Notes under the pieces: model-generated
The model's database searches: none
The model's input: only the letters and a program-made list of their open reading frames with translations
Told to the model about the DNA's origin: nothing
DNA from: Paraspadella gotoi
Taxonomy: Eukaryota > Animalia > Chaetognatha
DNA length: 64,000 nucleotides
Direction of reading: 5' to 3'
Assembly: GCA_051294375.1 (NCBI GenBank)
Contig: CM119265.1
Location: forward strand, 11,781,818-11,845,817
Part shown: positions 13,858 through 28,360 of the stretch, one piece after another
How positions within the stretch are numbered: the stretch's first letter is position 1
Layout of the letters: each line of letters starts with the position of its first letter
Program-made: the position numbers and the translations under genes

Positions 13858-14413
13858 TTTGATAGAAAGATTCAAGATTAAGTTTCTATATCACCTCTTA
13901 TTTGGATCAAAATCTTGTAAATATTAAAAAATAAGGCATTGTCGAATCAACATAAAACAACACAATTACCATTTGCATTGAAATAATAGTATACAAAAGT
14001 ATATTGTAATTCCACTTACAAACATCATGTAAACGCGATGCAATAGTAATTCAGCAATTTTTAAGATTACACAAAGATTACACAATACTCATAAAAAACT
14101 GACTCTGTAGCAAAAAAAATAAAATGAAGCTAAAAATTCTTCTGGAAACAACACTCAAGGAATAAAAAGCCATAGGATCACCATAGTAAATACCATCAGA
14201 CCAAGTACAACTATGGTAAATAAAAGATGGGGCAAAACGAATAGTTAATCTAACTCTTTTTGTTTACAGCTACGAAAAACTTAAAAACTGGAAGAAAAAA
14301 CAAAGAACTCACAAAAACAATAATATAAAAAGCAAAAAAGTTTTGAGACGTAGAACATAAAAAATTTGCAACCCCGCTTATGAAAAAAAAGATGGTTAAA
14401 CGACTGATTGTCG

Positions 14414-14939
14414 TTAATTCGGACAATCCCGTGAAAAGTGGCCAGCTTTGTGGCAATTGTAGCACTCATCGTTGTTTCGTCGAGGCTCCGTGCATTCGCG
14501 AGAGAAGTGACCTGCAAATTTGAAAAAAAAAGTTTATTCCACTACACAGAAGAATGATTGCTGTCCTTTTTACCAGTCTGCCCGCAATTAAAGCAGGCCC
14601 CGCCGCCACCACCTCCCCGGCCACGAGACCCACGGCCCCCACCGACTCCGTCGCGATACCCAGAAGATTCGCTTTTATTCGGACAATCCCGTGAGATGTG
14701 ACCAGACTCCCCACAATTGTAACAATTACGAGTGCTGCTGCCGCCACCTCCACCATAACCACTACCTCCATAGCCTCTGCCGCCGCTGCCTCTGTAACTA
14801 CCACCGCTTGAATGTCCTTCCGGGCAATTTCTATATGAAGTTTAGTATAGTTTAGTATAGTTTAGTATACCAAATACAAATGGACTGACCTCGAAAGATG
14901 TCCGGGACCTCCACAGTTATAACAGTTACGGTCACCCAT
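14414..14939 (-). CDS. CNBP: CNBP/GIS2-like CCHC zinc-knuckle protein, paralog B (3 exons, 4 knuckles, RGG/GYGG linkers; chimeric)
   Basis: Intact spliced [25 protein letters not shown]...[14 protein letters not shown]...[39 protein letters not shown]. Confidence 0.8.
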
Positions 14940-15504
14940 TTTGATAGAAAGATTCAAGCTATAAGTTTCTATATCCCTTATTATTTGGATCAAAATCTTG
15001 TAAATATTAAAAAGTAAGGCATTGTCGAATCAACATAAAACAACACAATTACCATTTGCATTGAAAGAATAGTATACGAAGGTATATAGTAATTCAACAT
15101 ACAAACATGTGGAGACGATGCAATAGTAATTTGGCAATTTTTATGAAAGATTAGGCAATTTCTACAAACTCATAAAAAACTGACTCTGGAGCAAAAAAAT
15201 TAAAATGAAGCTAAAAATTCTTCTGGAAACAACACTCAAGGAATAAAAGCCATAGGATCACCCTAGTAAATACCATAAGACCAAGTAAAAATATGGTAAA
15301 TAAAAAAAGGGGGAAAACAATTAGTGTGTTCATCTTAAACTAAGTCTTTTTTATTCATTTGAAGTAATGAAAAACTTAAAAACTGTAAAAAAAAAAAGAA
15401 CTCACAAAAACAATATAAAAAGCAAAAAAGTTCTAAGACGTAGAAAAGAAAAAAATTGCGACCCCTGCTCTCATGAAAAAAGATGGTTAAAAGACTGATC
15501 GTCA

Positions 15505-18500
15505 TTAATTCGGACAATCTCGCGAAAAGTGGCCAGTTTTGTGGCAATTGTAGCACTCATCGTTATTGCGTCGAGGCTCCGTGCATTCGCGCGAAAAGTG
15601 ACCTGCAAATTTAAAAAAAAAAAAACAAGTTTGAGCAAACAATGTCGGATCTGCCTACAATAATAAGCTAACCCGATGATAAATCATGGTAATTTTTTCT
15701 GACTTTCAATTTGTGATCTTAAGTAGGGTAGTCTGGTGATTTTTTATTTTTATTAAGAAAATTTTTTTTCACGTGCTGTCATGTAGCAGACATCGTTAGC
15801 TTTCATATGATACCTCTATGGCGAGAGAATAAAAGAATCGTTTTTAGTTTCATACATTTATTCGCGAGAGAGAGAAAAAACAGAGTGAATACAAATTCAA
15901 TAATCATAACTGATCCAACGGTAAAAATTGATACGGTTTCAGATGACGTCATACGAGGTCACATGAGGTAAGTAAAATGCAGAAGAGGTCGCTGACCCAA
16001 AAAGAGCATCGCTACATCCCCCCTTCTACTCGACGTACGAAAGTAAAGTACGAGTTGAAACAAACTACAAAACTATCATTAATGACTATGATTATGTAAG
16101 AAACGAATTACATAGGAAATGAACGGATCTTTAAAAGTAAATAAAACAAAAAACAAAAAAAAAATACGGAATGTAATTAAAAATGAGTTTGAAAAGATTT
16201 TCCCCCTAATCTTCGAAGTCATTTTGTTGATTGTCAGGTGGACGGAGTGTTTCTGGAAGGGGCATTCGGCATGCACGTGGAGGTTGACGAGAGGGAGTTT
16301 CTTGTGGGAGCTGCCGTGCCCTGCGTGGTTCTCGAGCTTCTGGTAGAGTTTGTTGAGGGATCTGGCGAGTTGAAGGCCTTCCTCGGCGAGGGAGCTGAGG
16401 AGGTTGAGTTATGCTAGATGGGTCAAGATGCGCGACTTTAAGACGATCAACAGATATTGAGTCCGAACCGCGTCCAGGAAGTTCTACGACAAAATGTTTT
16501 AATATGTTCTAATACTGGAATTGGTCCTTGGTATGGAGCCTGGAGTGGACCAACATGACCATCTCGTCAAACGAAGACGTATTCTGCTACCTTGAGTGCT
16601 TCGGGGAACGATGATGGTGGGATTCCATGATATATGACTGGTTGAGGAAGCAAGGTAGTAAAGTTGTTGGAGGATATGAGGAGATGCAGCAGTGTCATCT
16701 GAAGTTGAAGCAAGGCCAGGGATGAGATCGCCAGGTATAGTGAGTGATTCTCCAAAAACCATCTCAGCTGCAGAGGCTTCCAGATCGGGCTTTAGTGCTG
16801 TTCTAAGGCCTAACAATGTCCATGGAAGCTCGTGAAACCATCTTTCTGATTGTTCCTCACAGCGAGTTTTTAGTGATGCTTTTAAGTCACGATGGAATCN
16901 NNNNNNNNNNNNNNNNNNNNNNNNNNNNNNNNNNNNNNNNNNNNNNNNNNNNNNNNNNNNNNNNNNNNNNNNNNNNNNNNNNNNNNNNNNNNNNNNNNNN
17001 NNNNNNNNNNNNNNNNNNNNNNNNNNNNNNNNNNNNNNNNNNNNNNNNNNNNNNNNNTCTCAACCATGCCATTAGTCTGAGGATGATATGCAGTTTGTTG
17101 AGCGTGTTTGTATCCGATATATTGTGCTAGCTGTCGCCAAAACTCGGATGTAAACTGTGGTCCACGATCAGTAACTACAAGTGAAGGAATCCCAAAACGT
17201 TGTACCCATCCATGAAGGAAAGCAATGGCAAGGTTATGAGCGGAAGTTTCTCGTAATGGCATGGCTTCAGGCCAACACGAAAATCTGTCTACAATAGTTA
17301 GTAGATGTGTATGACCTTCAGAAAGTGGGAGTGGTCCAACAACATCAATGTGAACATGTGCAAAACGTCGTGGTGGTGGCTCAAAATTGACAAGAGGTGC
17401 TCTTACATGTTGCTGCACCCTAGATCGCTGACATGTTATGCATGTTCTAGCCCAGTTAACAATGTCTTTCGCGGCAAAGGACCATACAAATCGTTGGAGC
17501 ACTAAAGATTTTGTGCGGTTAATTCCTGGATGAGATAATCCATGGAGAGCATCAAAACACACCGTTTCCATGCAGGAGGAACAAACGGCCGAACTTTGCC
17601 TTGCGAGATGTCACACCAGAGGCTAGAATCTGAAATTGGGATGTGTTGGAATCAGAGATGTGGAAGCGATCGATTTTTCCGCCGCTGCCAATCCGACGCT
17701 TCCAAGACCCCTCCCGCTCCCGTTTTCGGGTGCAATCCTTACTTTTTTAGCCCGGATCGCTTTCGGTTTCGAGTGCACATCGCTTCCTTCCTTTAGAAAT
17801 TTTACATTTGTTATTATTTATAAAAATACTCTCTTTAGACATGTAATTCATTGGTAAAATAATTTTAAACAATCTTTTTTGTTAACAAATAACAAGTAAA
17901 ATTTTTACACAAAAAATTGTAAGATTTGTAAGATTGTAAGAATCGTTCAAGTGGAAATGAGTTTAAATAAAAAAAAACAAAAAACCTTTTTCCCTATTTG
18001 TTTTTTATTTTTTATTAAATATAAATACAAGCTGCATTAATTATTCAATTAATCAATTAATTAATCAATCATTCAATCAACTAAACAACTAATCAATCAA
18101 AATCATTTAAAAAATTAATGAATCAATTTTTTATCAATCAATCAATTAAATAATCAATTAATTTATCAATCAACTAATTAATAAATTTATTTATCAATAA
18201 ATTATTAAAATAACCAATTAATTAATCAATTAATCAATCAATTAAACAATGTCAGTGTTATCATTGTCATCTCCAACGTCGTTGTTGCTTTTGTCCTGGT
18301 CAGTGACCTGACAAAAAGACCTAAAAATTAATAGGCCTGATATGAATTTATTTTATTTGATCAATCAATCATTCAATTAATCATAATGGTGCTATCCTTG
18401 TTGTCATCATAATTATCAATCAGGGTAGTCATTTCTTTTGTCATAATAAAAAGTTAAAAAACAAACAAGTTTGAGCTAACAATGCCAGAATGATCAGTTA

Positions 18501-21500
18501 ATTAATTATTCAATCAATTAATCAAATATTCAATCAATCATCAAAAAAATTAAGCAATCAATCAATTTGTCATCGTCGGTATTATCATTGTCGTGGTTGC
18601 CATCATTAATTAATTAAACTCCTTTATCTTTGTTGTACATTGCAAAAATGTATCTTTATTATTTATTTATCCCTGTTGTTTTGTTCTTTTTCTCTCTCTC
18701 TCTCTTCTTTCTTTAACAAGTTTCACTTCTTTTCACAACTCACTCAATCTGCCCTTACCTTCAACCTGTCCTCACAATCTGACCACTATTCTTCTCACCA
18801 CTTTGTTGGAAAAACTTTTACCCTCCCTTCTCTCTCTCTCTCTCTCTCTCTCTCTATTGAATGTCATATGCTGATGAAGGCTTGAAGTAAACAAGCCGAA
18901 ACATGCATGTCCACTATTAATTAAAAATCGTTGTTACAAATTCAAAATTCTTTGCTTTCTCTAAAATTAATTAATTGAAAATATTTCTATAATGTTTGCG
19001 GTGACTCAATACAAAAATTTATAAAAAAATTTGAGGCGAGTTTTTTGTGATAAAAAAACCTGGTATTATCAAAAACAGTAAAAAAAGTAAAAATAATAAA
19101 AATAATAATAACAACAACTCGTATTTACATTGGCTGAGAAAAAGGTCAGCCATAACAAGATTAGTAAAAACAGGTCATTCTTATTGACCACTACTGTACT
19201 ACGGCTCACAAAGTACAAAGACTTCGTCGTCGTTTCGTCATTGTATTCATCGCCGTTGTCGTCTTTGTTCAAATCATTTGAGCTCCCAAATGTTCGATGT
19301 TATTATTTTAATTAATTAATATGTAATTAATTAAATAATTTATTTTTTTTCAAATATTAATAATTAACCGCTAATGATTGTGGGCAGATCCGGCATTGTT
19401 TGCTCAAACTTGTTTATTAATAATTTTGATTTATTTATTTATATATTTTTTTATTTGCTTTTTTGATCAGTGCAAGAGGGGAAAAGAGAAAGAAGATAGA
19501 GAGAGAGAGTGTGTTTAGAGATTTAAGTATGTATAAGCATAATATTATGCAATATTGCAATAAAACAGATCAATCCTTTTGGTTTAAACTTGTTTGTAAC
19601 ATGAAAAACGTTATAGATTTTTAAAAAAAGACTTAAATTTAAATAAAAATAATAAAAATATAAGAAATAAAATTTTTAGTTTTATAGAATTAAAAAAGTT
19701 TAATTTAAATTTTAATTTAACTTAATTACAGTTTTTTTCAGATAGAAAAAAAAATTTTTCAAGCTCAGATTTTATTTGAATATATTAAAAAAATCAATAC
19801 CTTGGTTCTGAACAGCGCAAATAGTTGCTAGAAGTTGTTCCCAAGCAATGTGGGCGATTTTTTGTGTGGAAGTGGTTGAAACAGCATCAATATCAACACG
19901 AGAGAGAGCATCAGCTACTATATTGGCTTTACCTTCAATAAATTGTACGTCAGTTGTGTATTCTGCTATTGCACTGAGTTGATAACTTTGTCTCATAGAG
20001 TGTGGTTCTGCCTTCTTGACGAGACCAGGGACTANNNNNNNNNNNNNNNNNNNNNNNNNTCCCAAAACGTTGTACCCATCCATGAAGGAAAGCAATGGCA
20101 AGGTTATGAGCGGAAGTTTCTCGTAATGGCATGGCTTCAGGCCAACACGAAAATCTGTCCTACAATAGTTAGTAGATGTGTATGACCTTCAGAAAGTGGG
20201 AGTGGTCCAACAACATCAATGTGAACATGTGCAAAACGTCGTGGTGTTGGCTCAAAATTGACAAGAGGTGCTCTTACATGTTGCTGCACCCTAGATCGCT
20301 GACATGTTATGCATGTTCTAGCCCAGTTAACAATGTCTTTCGCGGCAAAGGACCATACAAATCGTTGGAGCACTAAAGATTTTGTGCGGTTAATTCCTGG
20401 ATGAGATAATCCATGGAGAGCATCAAAAACACACCGTTTCCATGCAGGAGGAACAAACGGCCGAACTTTGCCTTGCGAGATGTCACACCAGAGGCTAGAA
20501 TCTGAAATTGGGATGTGTTGGAATCAGAGATGTGGAAGCGATCGATTTTTCCGCCGCTGCCAATCCGACGCTTCCAAGACCCCTCCCGCTCCCGTTTTCG
20601 GGTGCAATCCTTACTTTTTTAGCCCGGATCGCTTTCGGTTTCGAGTGCACATCGCTTCCTTCCTTTAGAAATTTTACATTTGTTATTATTTATAAAAATA
20701 CTCTCTTTAGACATGTAATTCATTGGTAAAATAATTTTAAACAATCTTTTTTGTTAACAAATAACAAGTAAAATTTTTACTACAAAAAATTGTAAGATTT
20801 GTAAGATTGTAAGAATCGTTCAAGTGGAAATGAGTTTAAATAAAAAAAAACAAAAAACCTTTTTCCCTATTTGTTTTTTATTTTTTATTAAATATAAATA
20901 CAAGCTGCATTAATTATTCAATTAATCAATTAATTAATCAATCATTCAATCAACTAAACAACTAATCAATCAAAATCATTTAAAAAATTAATGAATCAAT
21001 TTTTTTATCAATCAATCAATTAAATAATCAATTAATTTATCAATCAACTAATTAATAAATTTATTTATCAATAAATTATTAAAATAACCAATTAATTAAT
21101 CAATTAATCAATCAATTAAACAATGTCAGTGTTATCATTGTCATCTCCAACGTCGTTGTTGCTTTTGTCCTGGTCAGTGACCTGACAAAAAGACCTAAAA
21201 ATTAATAGGCCTGATATGAATTTATTTTATTTGATCAATCAATCATTCAATTAATCATAATGGTGCTATCCTTGTTGTCATCATAATTATCATCAGGGTA
21301 GTCATTTCTTTTGTCATAATAAAAAGTTAAAAAACAAACAAGTTTGAGCTAACAATGCCAGAACTGATCAGTTAATTAATTATTCAATCAATTAATCAAA
21401 TATTCAATCAATCAATCAAAAAATTAAGCAATCAATCAATTTGTCATCGTCGGTATTATCATTGTCGTGGTTGCCATCATTAATTAATTAAACTCCTTTA

Positions 21501-24500
21501 TCTTTGTTGTACATTGCAAAAATGTATCTTTATTATTTATTTATCCCTGTTGTTTTGTTTCTTTTTCTCTCTCTCTCTCTCTTTCTTTAACAAGTTTCAC
21601 TTCTTTTCACAACTCACTCAATCTGCCCTTACCTTCAACCTGTCCTCACATCTGACCACTATTCTGTCTCACCACTTTGTTGGAAAAACTTTTATTCTCT
21701 CTCTCTCTCTCTCTCTCTATTGAATGTCATATGCTGATGAAGGCTTGAAGTAAACAAGCCGAAACATGTCCAACTATTAATTAAAAATCGTTGTTACAAA
21801 TTCAAAATTCTTTGCTTTCTCTAAATTAATTAATTGAAATATTTCTATAATGTTTGCGGTGACTCAATACAAAATTTATAAAAAATTTGAGGCGAGTTTT
21901 TTGTGATAAAAAAAACCTGGTATTATCAAAAACAGTAAAAAAGTAAAAATAATAAAAATAATAATAACAACAACTCGTATTTACATTGGCTGAGAAAAAG
22001 GTCAGCCATAACAAGATTAGGTAAAAACAGGTCATTCTTATTGACCACTACTGTACTACGGCTCACAAAGTACAAAGACTTCGTCGTCGTTTTCGTCATT
22101 GTATTCATCGCCGTTGTCGTCTTTGTTCAAATCATTTGAGCTCCCAAATGTTCGATGTTATTATTTTAATTAATTAATATGTAATTAATTAAATAATTTA
22201 TTTTTTTTCAATTAATTAATCAATTAATTACCGCTAATGATTGTGGGCAGATCCGGCATTGTTTGCTCAAACTTGTTTATTAATAATTTTGATTTATTTA
22301 TTTTATATATTTTTTTATTTGCTTTTTTGATCAGTGCAAGAGGGGAAAAGAGAAAGAAGATAGAGAGAGAGAGTGTGTTAGAGATTTAAGTATGTATAAG
22401 CATAATATTATGCAATATTGCCAATAAAACAGATCAATCCTTTTGGTTTAAACTTGTTTGTAACATGAAAAACGTTATAGATTTTTAAAAAAAAGACTTA
22501 AATTTAAATAAAAATAATAAAAATATAAGAAATAAAATTTTTAGTTTTATAGAATTAAAAAAGTTTAATTTAAATTTTAATTTAACTTAATTACAGTTTT
22601 TTTCAGATAGAAAAAAAAAATTTTTCAGCTCAGATTTTATTTGAATATATTAAAAAGAATAATTAAAAAAATTAATATGTAATTTTTTTCATAGATTCTC
22701 GACCAAAGAGGAAAAGAGAATAAAAGGAAAAAAAATAAAAGAAGAGAATAAGAAAAAGTGAATAAAAAAATTAGGAGCAAACAATTTTAAATGTTGAAAA
22801 TAAATATTAAAAACAAATTTTTAAAAGAAAAATCAAGAAAGAGCAGGGGGTTGCAAAGATTTTAATACATTAAATACCTTTCATTTGTAACCAATAAAAA
22901 CAAATGACCAGGAAGCGAACACGCAGGGTTATTATAGCTTCCGGGTTCAATCCTTTATTCTCAATTTTTCTATCGCTCCCGGTTTCGGGTTCTTCAAAAA
23001 TCGGCCGCTTCCACAGTGTTCGCTTTCGCTTACGCTTTCCGGATCGCGTCCACATCTCTGGTTGGAATTTAAAGCCACTCTGTGGGACATTCAGTAGGCG
23101 TTTAAGCTCTTCATCATTCTTCTGATCTTCAGCCATGGCTACAAAATCAATACCTTGGTTCTGAACAGCGCAAATAGTTGCTAGAAGTTGTTCCCAAGCA
23201 ATGTGGGCGATTTTTTGTGTGGAAGTGGTTGAAACAGCATCAATATCAACACGAGAGAGAGCATCAGCTACTATATTGGCTTTACCTTCAATAAATTGTA
23301 CGTCAGTTGTGTATTCTGCTATTGCACTGAGTTGATAACTTTGTCTCATAGAGTGTGGTTCTGCCTTCTTGACGAGACCAGGGACTAGTGAGTTGTGATC
23401 TGAAAAGAGAGTAAATGGACGTCCCTCCAGAAAAGGACGAAAATAACGAACAGATTGGAAAGCAGCAAATAACTCTCTGAAGGGTGGCCAGTGCAAGTGG
23501 CCTCCATTCGACAGAGGAGCTGAGAAAAATGCAAGTGGCTTCCACTGATTGTCAGTAGCCTGTTCTAGTAGGCTACCGATAGCAAGATTAGAGGTGTCTC
23601 CGTCAGAGCCAGTTTTGCGCCGTCAACAGGGTGAACAAGAAGAGTTGCTTTAGCAAGAGCTTTTTTGATATTATCAAATGCAACATCACATTCTTTTGGC
23701 CAATCTAGGGTTTTAGGTTTTCCTCTGAGGATGCTGTATAAAGGTTGGCCTCATTGGGATTGTATTTCATGGTTTATTTCACTTTTTAATTCTTTTTCCA
23801 AGTTTTTATTTTAAGGTTGCGATTTTATTTTGTTTTTGTCGGGATTACCATATGGCGAGAGAATAAAAGAATCGTTTTTAATTTCATACATTTATTCGCG
23901 AGAGAGAGAAAAAACAGAGTGAATACAAATTCAATAATCATAACAGATTCAACGGTAAAAATTGATACGGTTTCAGATGACGTCATACAAGATCACATGA
24001 GGTAAGTAAAATGCAGAAGAGGTACAGAAAATTTTTGTTTATATCAGAAACATAATTCAATATTTTCTCTTTCAGAATCTATATTTATTTATTTTTTTAA
24101 ATGTGGCCAAGTGTGTTTAATTTAATTTCAAAAGTTGTTATACTTTTGACTAATATTCCGATCAAGATTTTCAAAAAATCCTTTGAAACATTTTTAAAAA
24201 AATATATGGAACAGATGCCCCATAATTATGGCTTTAATATGATACCAGTCTCATCGTTCTTTGATATCTTTTGAACCAAAAGTTCAAAAGATACCACTCT
24301 GATATCCCCTTGGCCTGATAAGCCTGCCGTTGGCCCTCCTCTCGCCTGATGGTGAGGCGGGCCATTGCCTGTTCTAGCCTGCTTCGGCGCAGGGGATACA
24401 GACTCCTCTCCCTCCTCCTGCAGCCGTCGTTTTGGGCGACGCTCAGTGCGAGGAGAGTCACACCAAGTTGCTGTAGGCTTGGGAGAGGCATCGGACGTCC

Positions 24501-27068
24501 ATTGCCTGCTGAGAGGTCTCCGCCTGACCCGTTGATTGGGGGCAGGGGAATCATCGTGTGGTTGGGGTGGTGCTGGGTGTTCCACCTCCATTTTGATAAG
24601 CGAATCATAGCTTGGAGGGAGGTCGAATCGTCCTCCATCACGATTCAGAGAGGGCTCGAGGGCTTTGATGTAAATCGCTTCTCTAATACCTCTAGTGAAC
24701 CAGTTTTGGTCATGGGACAGCACAAGACAGTCAGTTTCTCTGAACAGATGGCCGGAGGTTGCTGTGTGCTCAGCAATAGCCGATAAGAAATGACCACGTG
24801 GGTCCTGATATGGCCTTGTGTGCTGTTTGAACCGATCTGAGACTTTCCTGTCTCGCCCACGTATGCTGCTGTACAGGGTTGGTTGCCCTTCCCTGCACAG
24901 GCCGCCCAATAGACGGCTCCTGAAGTGTTAGGTCTGGGAATTTTATCTTTCGGTTTCACCAATTGCTCACGTAAAGAGCCGCGGGCCGTCACTGAGGTGG
25001 AGATTCCCTGCTTTGCTAGCACCCGCATCAATGGCTCAGTGATCCCCTGGTGGTAGGGGAGGGAGACATGGCCCATGTTCTTGAGACGCTTCTGCTTATC
25101 TCCCACTTGCGCTGTGGTGGGCGCGGTCGGTCCTTCAGCAGCAAGGCCTCACTCTTCCTCCTGGGGGGCGGAGGTTGAACTTCCGTCAGCGGTTACTTGG
25201 GCAGCCCCTAGGTGGCCACTGCCCTCAGCCTGGTTCAGCCGGAACCTTGCCTTTTCGTAAGCCCACAGAGGGTAACCATTGAGCGCCAAGGCTCTTTTGA
25301 CATGCTCAAGCTCGGCGGCCTGGAGCTCGGGGGTCGATGGAATCAGAAGAGCTCTTCTGGTAAGGGACCTGACCGTGGCGAGCTTGTGAGACAAGGGAAT
25401 GTATTGATCGGTATGGGTTGGTTTGCGATAGACAGAAAAATCCAATGAGCCGCCCTCTTTGCGCTTTATAAGCACATCGAGCATTGAAATTTTGCCATTC
25501 ACCTCTTTTTCACAAGTCCACTTGATGCTCGCTTCAATGCTGTTCAAATGGGTAAATAGGGTATCGACTAGATCCCTTCTCACGGACAGGATGGTATCGT
25601 CTGCTTTCCGATACCAGAAGAGAACTGACTCTGCCCCATGCAAAGATCGAAAAGAAGCCAAAGCTTCCACCTCATAACTTTGTTGACTCTACTAGTTTAA
25701 ACATTAAGTTTGCCTATTTATTCATTTTATCTTTGTTGTACATTACCAAATGTAATTATATTTCTCACTCTCTCTATCTCTCTCCTTCAATTTTCACATT
25801 TCAACCATTCATCCTATTTCTCTTCTTCCCTGATCTTACCTTCACCTGTCCTCAAGTCTGACCACTGATCTTTCCCTCACTCTTTGTTGGAAGCTTTCTC
25901 TCTCTCTCTCCCTCTCTCTCTCCCAAACTTATTGTTATTGAGAAAAATTCGGTTGAAATCAAAACGCTGATGAAGACTCTAAAAACATGAGTCGAAATAT
26001 GTCCTATAAATGTAGCATCATTGCAGCAAGGGGACAACTGTCGCCTAAAGTTGCTTTACGGGTTCTTTGGTTCTGCTGACTCCACTGGCTCGCTAATCGA
26101 ATTCTTTCTCTCTTGCTCGTCCTTCTTTCTTTCGTTTAAATCGTGAATAAATAATAAGAAGTTTTGGTTCAACAAAAATAGGATGGCAGAAATAGTTTAT
26201 TTCTTTACAAGTGTTAAAGAACACTTCACAAAATTATATGAAGGCAAAAATAATGGAGACTAAAAATAATTATTATAAGGTTCTCTCTGATGCTTCAGAG
26301 TTGTTGCTTTTATATCTTTGCTCATGTGGAGGGGGTCGAGAATCGCCCAAGTCTCCCGATTGGCGGACGGTCGCGTCAGAGACGCGGCCGTCTCCCAATC
26401 AGCTCCTTACATGTTGTCCGACGCGCGGCAACGCCTCTCTCAAAGTCCACATTTTTGTACGTCATCGACAACAACGACAACAAGAATCCTGACGCCTTTC
26501 TTAATTTCAATTTTATGGTCTTAAACGTCAAGATGCTAAGAGAGAGAGAGAGAGAGACAGAAAATAGTAAATGGAGAGATATTTTTAGAGAGAGTGGTTA
26601 TATCCGGGATGTACGTGAGCGACTGAGAATTTCGAAGACGAGAGAGAAGAAAGCGAGAAGACGAAGGGGAGGACGGAGACGAGACAGAGGCCTATTCCTT
26701 ATAATAAACTATGATTAAAAATTCGTTAAAACACAAAAACTTATTCCTAAAAAAAAAAAAAAAAGATTTTGAAACCAAATTTTTCAAAACTTTAAATGCT
26801 TTTATGTTATTAACTATGCATAAAATCTAAATTTTTTTTTTAAATTTCGTGATCCCACTGGGATGCTCTAACGTTATTTATATTACAGAACTCATTGTGT
26901 AATTTTTCTTTCTTTTCGTTGTTCAATAAGAGAGCAGATTCGAAAACGAAAGTTTTAGTATTTTTACAACAATTTTATTTACAAAGTATTGGACATGTTT
27001 CGACTCTTGTTTTTCAAGTCTTCATCAGCATTTGACAGTTGAATTTTCACAATCATAAAGTTGGGGAT

Positions 27069-27103
<35 letters not shown>

Positions 27104-28298
27104 TTCCAACAAAGAATTGAGAAAGGACAGTGGTCAGAATTCAGGACAGGTGAAGGCAAGGACAGGAGAAAGGGGAAATAAGTTGATTTTGAAATGGTGA
27201 AAAAGAGAGAGAGAGAGAGATAGAGAAACATTACATTTTTGAAATGTACAACAAAGATAAATGAATCAGTAAACTAAATGAATAATAACAAATAATAATG
27301 AATAGTTGATTTAACTAATGGAGTATAAGTGAAAGTGAAATTTGAAGAATAAGTGGTGAGGGATAGGTAAGTAAAGATTTTTAGGGAAAATTAAGTTAAG
27401 AAAGAAGCTCAAATTGAGCTGGCCCCCCCCCCCGGCCGGGCAAATGGGGGACGTTGACGATGTGATTGGGTCATTGACCTGTTAAAGGCCGAGATATTTT
27501 TGTAGAGTTCGACACCCTGGGATCGGGTAGTGATCCACTTGGGAAGATGCCGAGTGCCACTCATCAAGTTGGCGGTGGAACACCCTACACCACCCCAATC
27601 GCACGGTGATTCCCCTGTCCTCACTCAACGGGTCAGGCGGAGGCCTCTCAGCAGGCAATGGACGTCCGATGCCTCTCCTGAGCCTACAGCAACATGGTGT
27701 GACAAAAAAAAGATGGCTGCAGGAGGAAGGAGAGGAGTCGGTATCACCTGCATCCAAGCAGGCAAGAACAGGCAATCGCCCACCTCACCGGCAGGTGAGA
27801 GGAGGGCAGTCGGCAGGCTTATCAGGCCAAAGAGATATTCGAGTGGCACTCGGCATCTTCCCAAGTGGATCACTACCTGATCCCAGGGTGTCGAACTCTA
27901 CAAAAATATCTTCTCAGCCTTTAACAGGTCAATGACCCAATCACATCGTCAACGTCCCCCATTTGCCCGGCCGGGGGGGGGGGGCAGCTCAATTTGAGCT
28001 TCTTTCTTAACTTAATTTTCCCTGAAAATCTTTACTTACCTATCCCTCACCACTTATTCTTCAAATTTCACTTTCACTTATACTCCATTAGTTAAATCAA
28101 CTATTTATTATTATTTGTTATTATTCATTTAGTTTACTGATTCATTTATCTTTGTTGTACATTTCAAAAATGTAATGTTTCTCTATCTCTCTCTCTCTCT
28201 TTTTCACCATTTCAAAATCAACTTATTTCCCCTTTCTCCTGTCCTTGCCTTCACCTGTCCTGAATTCTGACCACTGTCCTTTCTCAATTCTTTGTTGG

Positions 28299-28360
<62 letters not shown>

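Larger units (their letters stand above)
15817..24023 (-). mobile_element. Gypsy/Ty3 LTR retrotransposon, internally deleted and interrupted; 3' LTR 15817-16016, partial 5' LTR 23851-24023
   Basis: Two matching LTR copies. PBS-like TGGTAATCCCGAC (23838-23850, resembles a tRNA-Trp PBS) and PPT AGAAGGGGGGA (16017-16027). RNase H ([37 protein letters not shown]) and integrase ([40 protein letters not shown]) remnants. gag, protease and most of RT are missing. Confidence 0.92.

Noticed and set aside
14466-14804. Ala/Val-rich ORFs here and at 32002-32505
   Set aside because: Off-frame readings of the Gly-rich CNBP-like exon 2.
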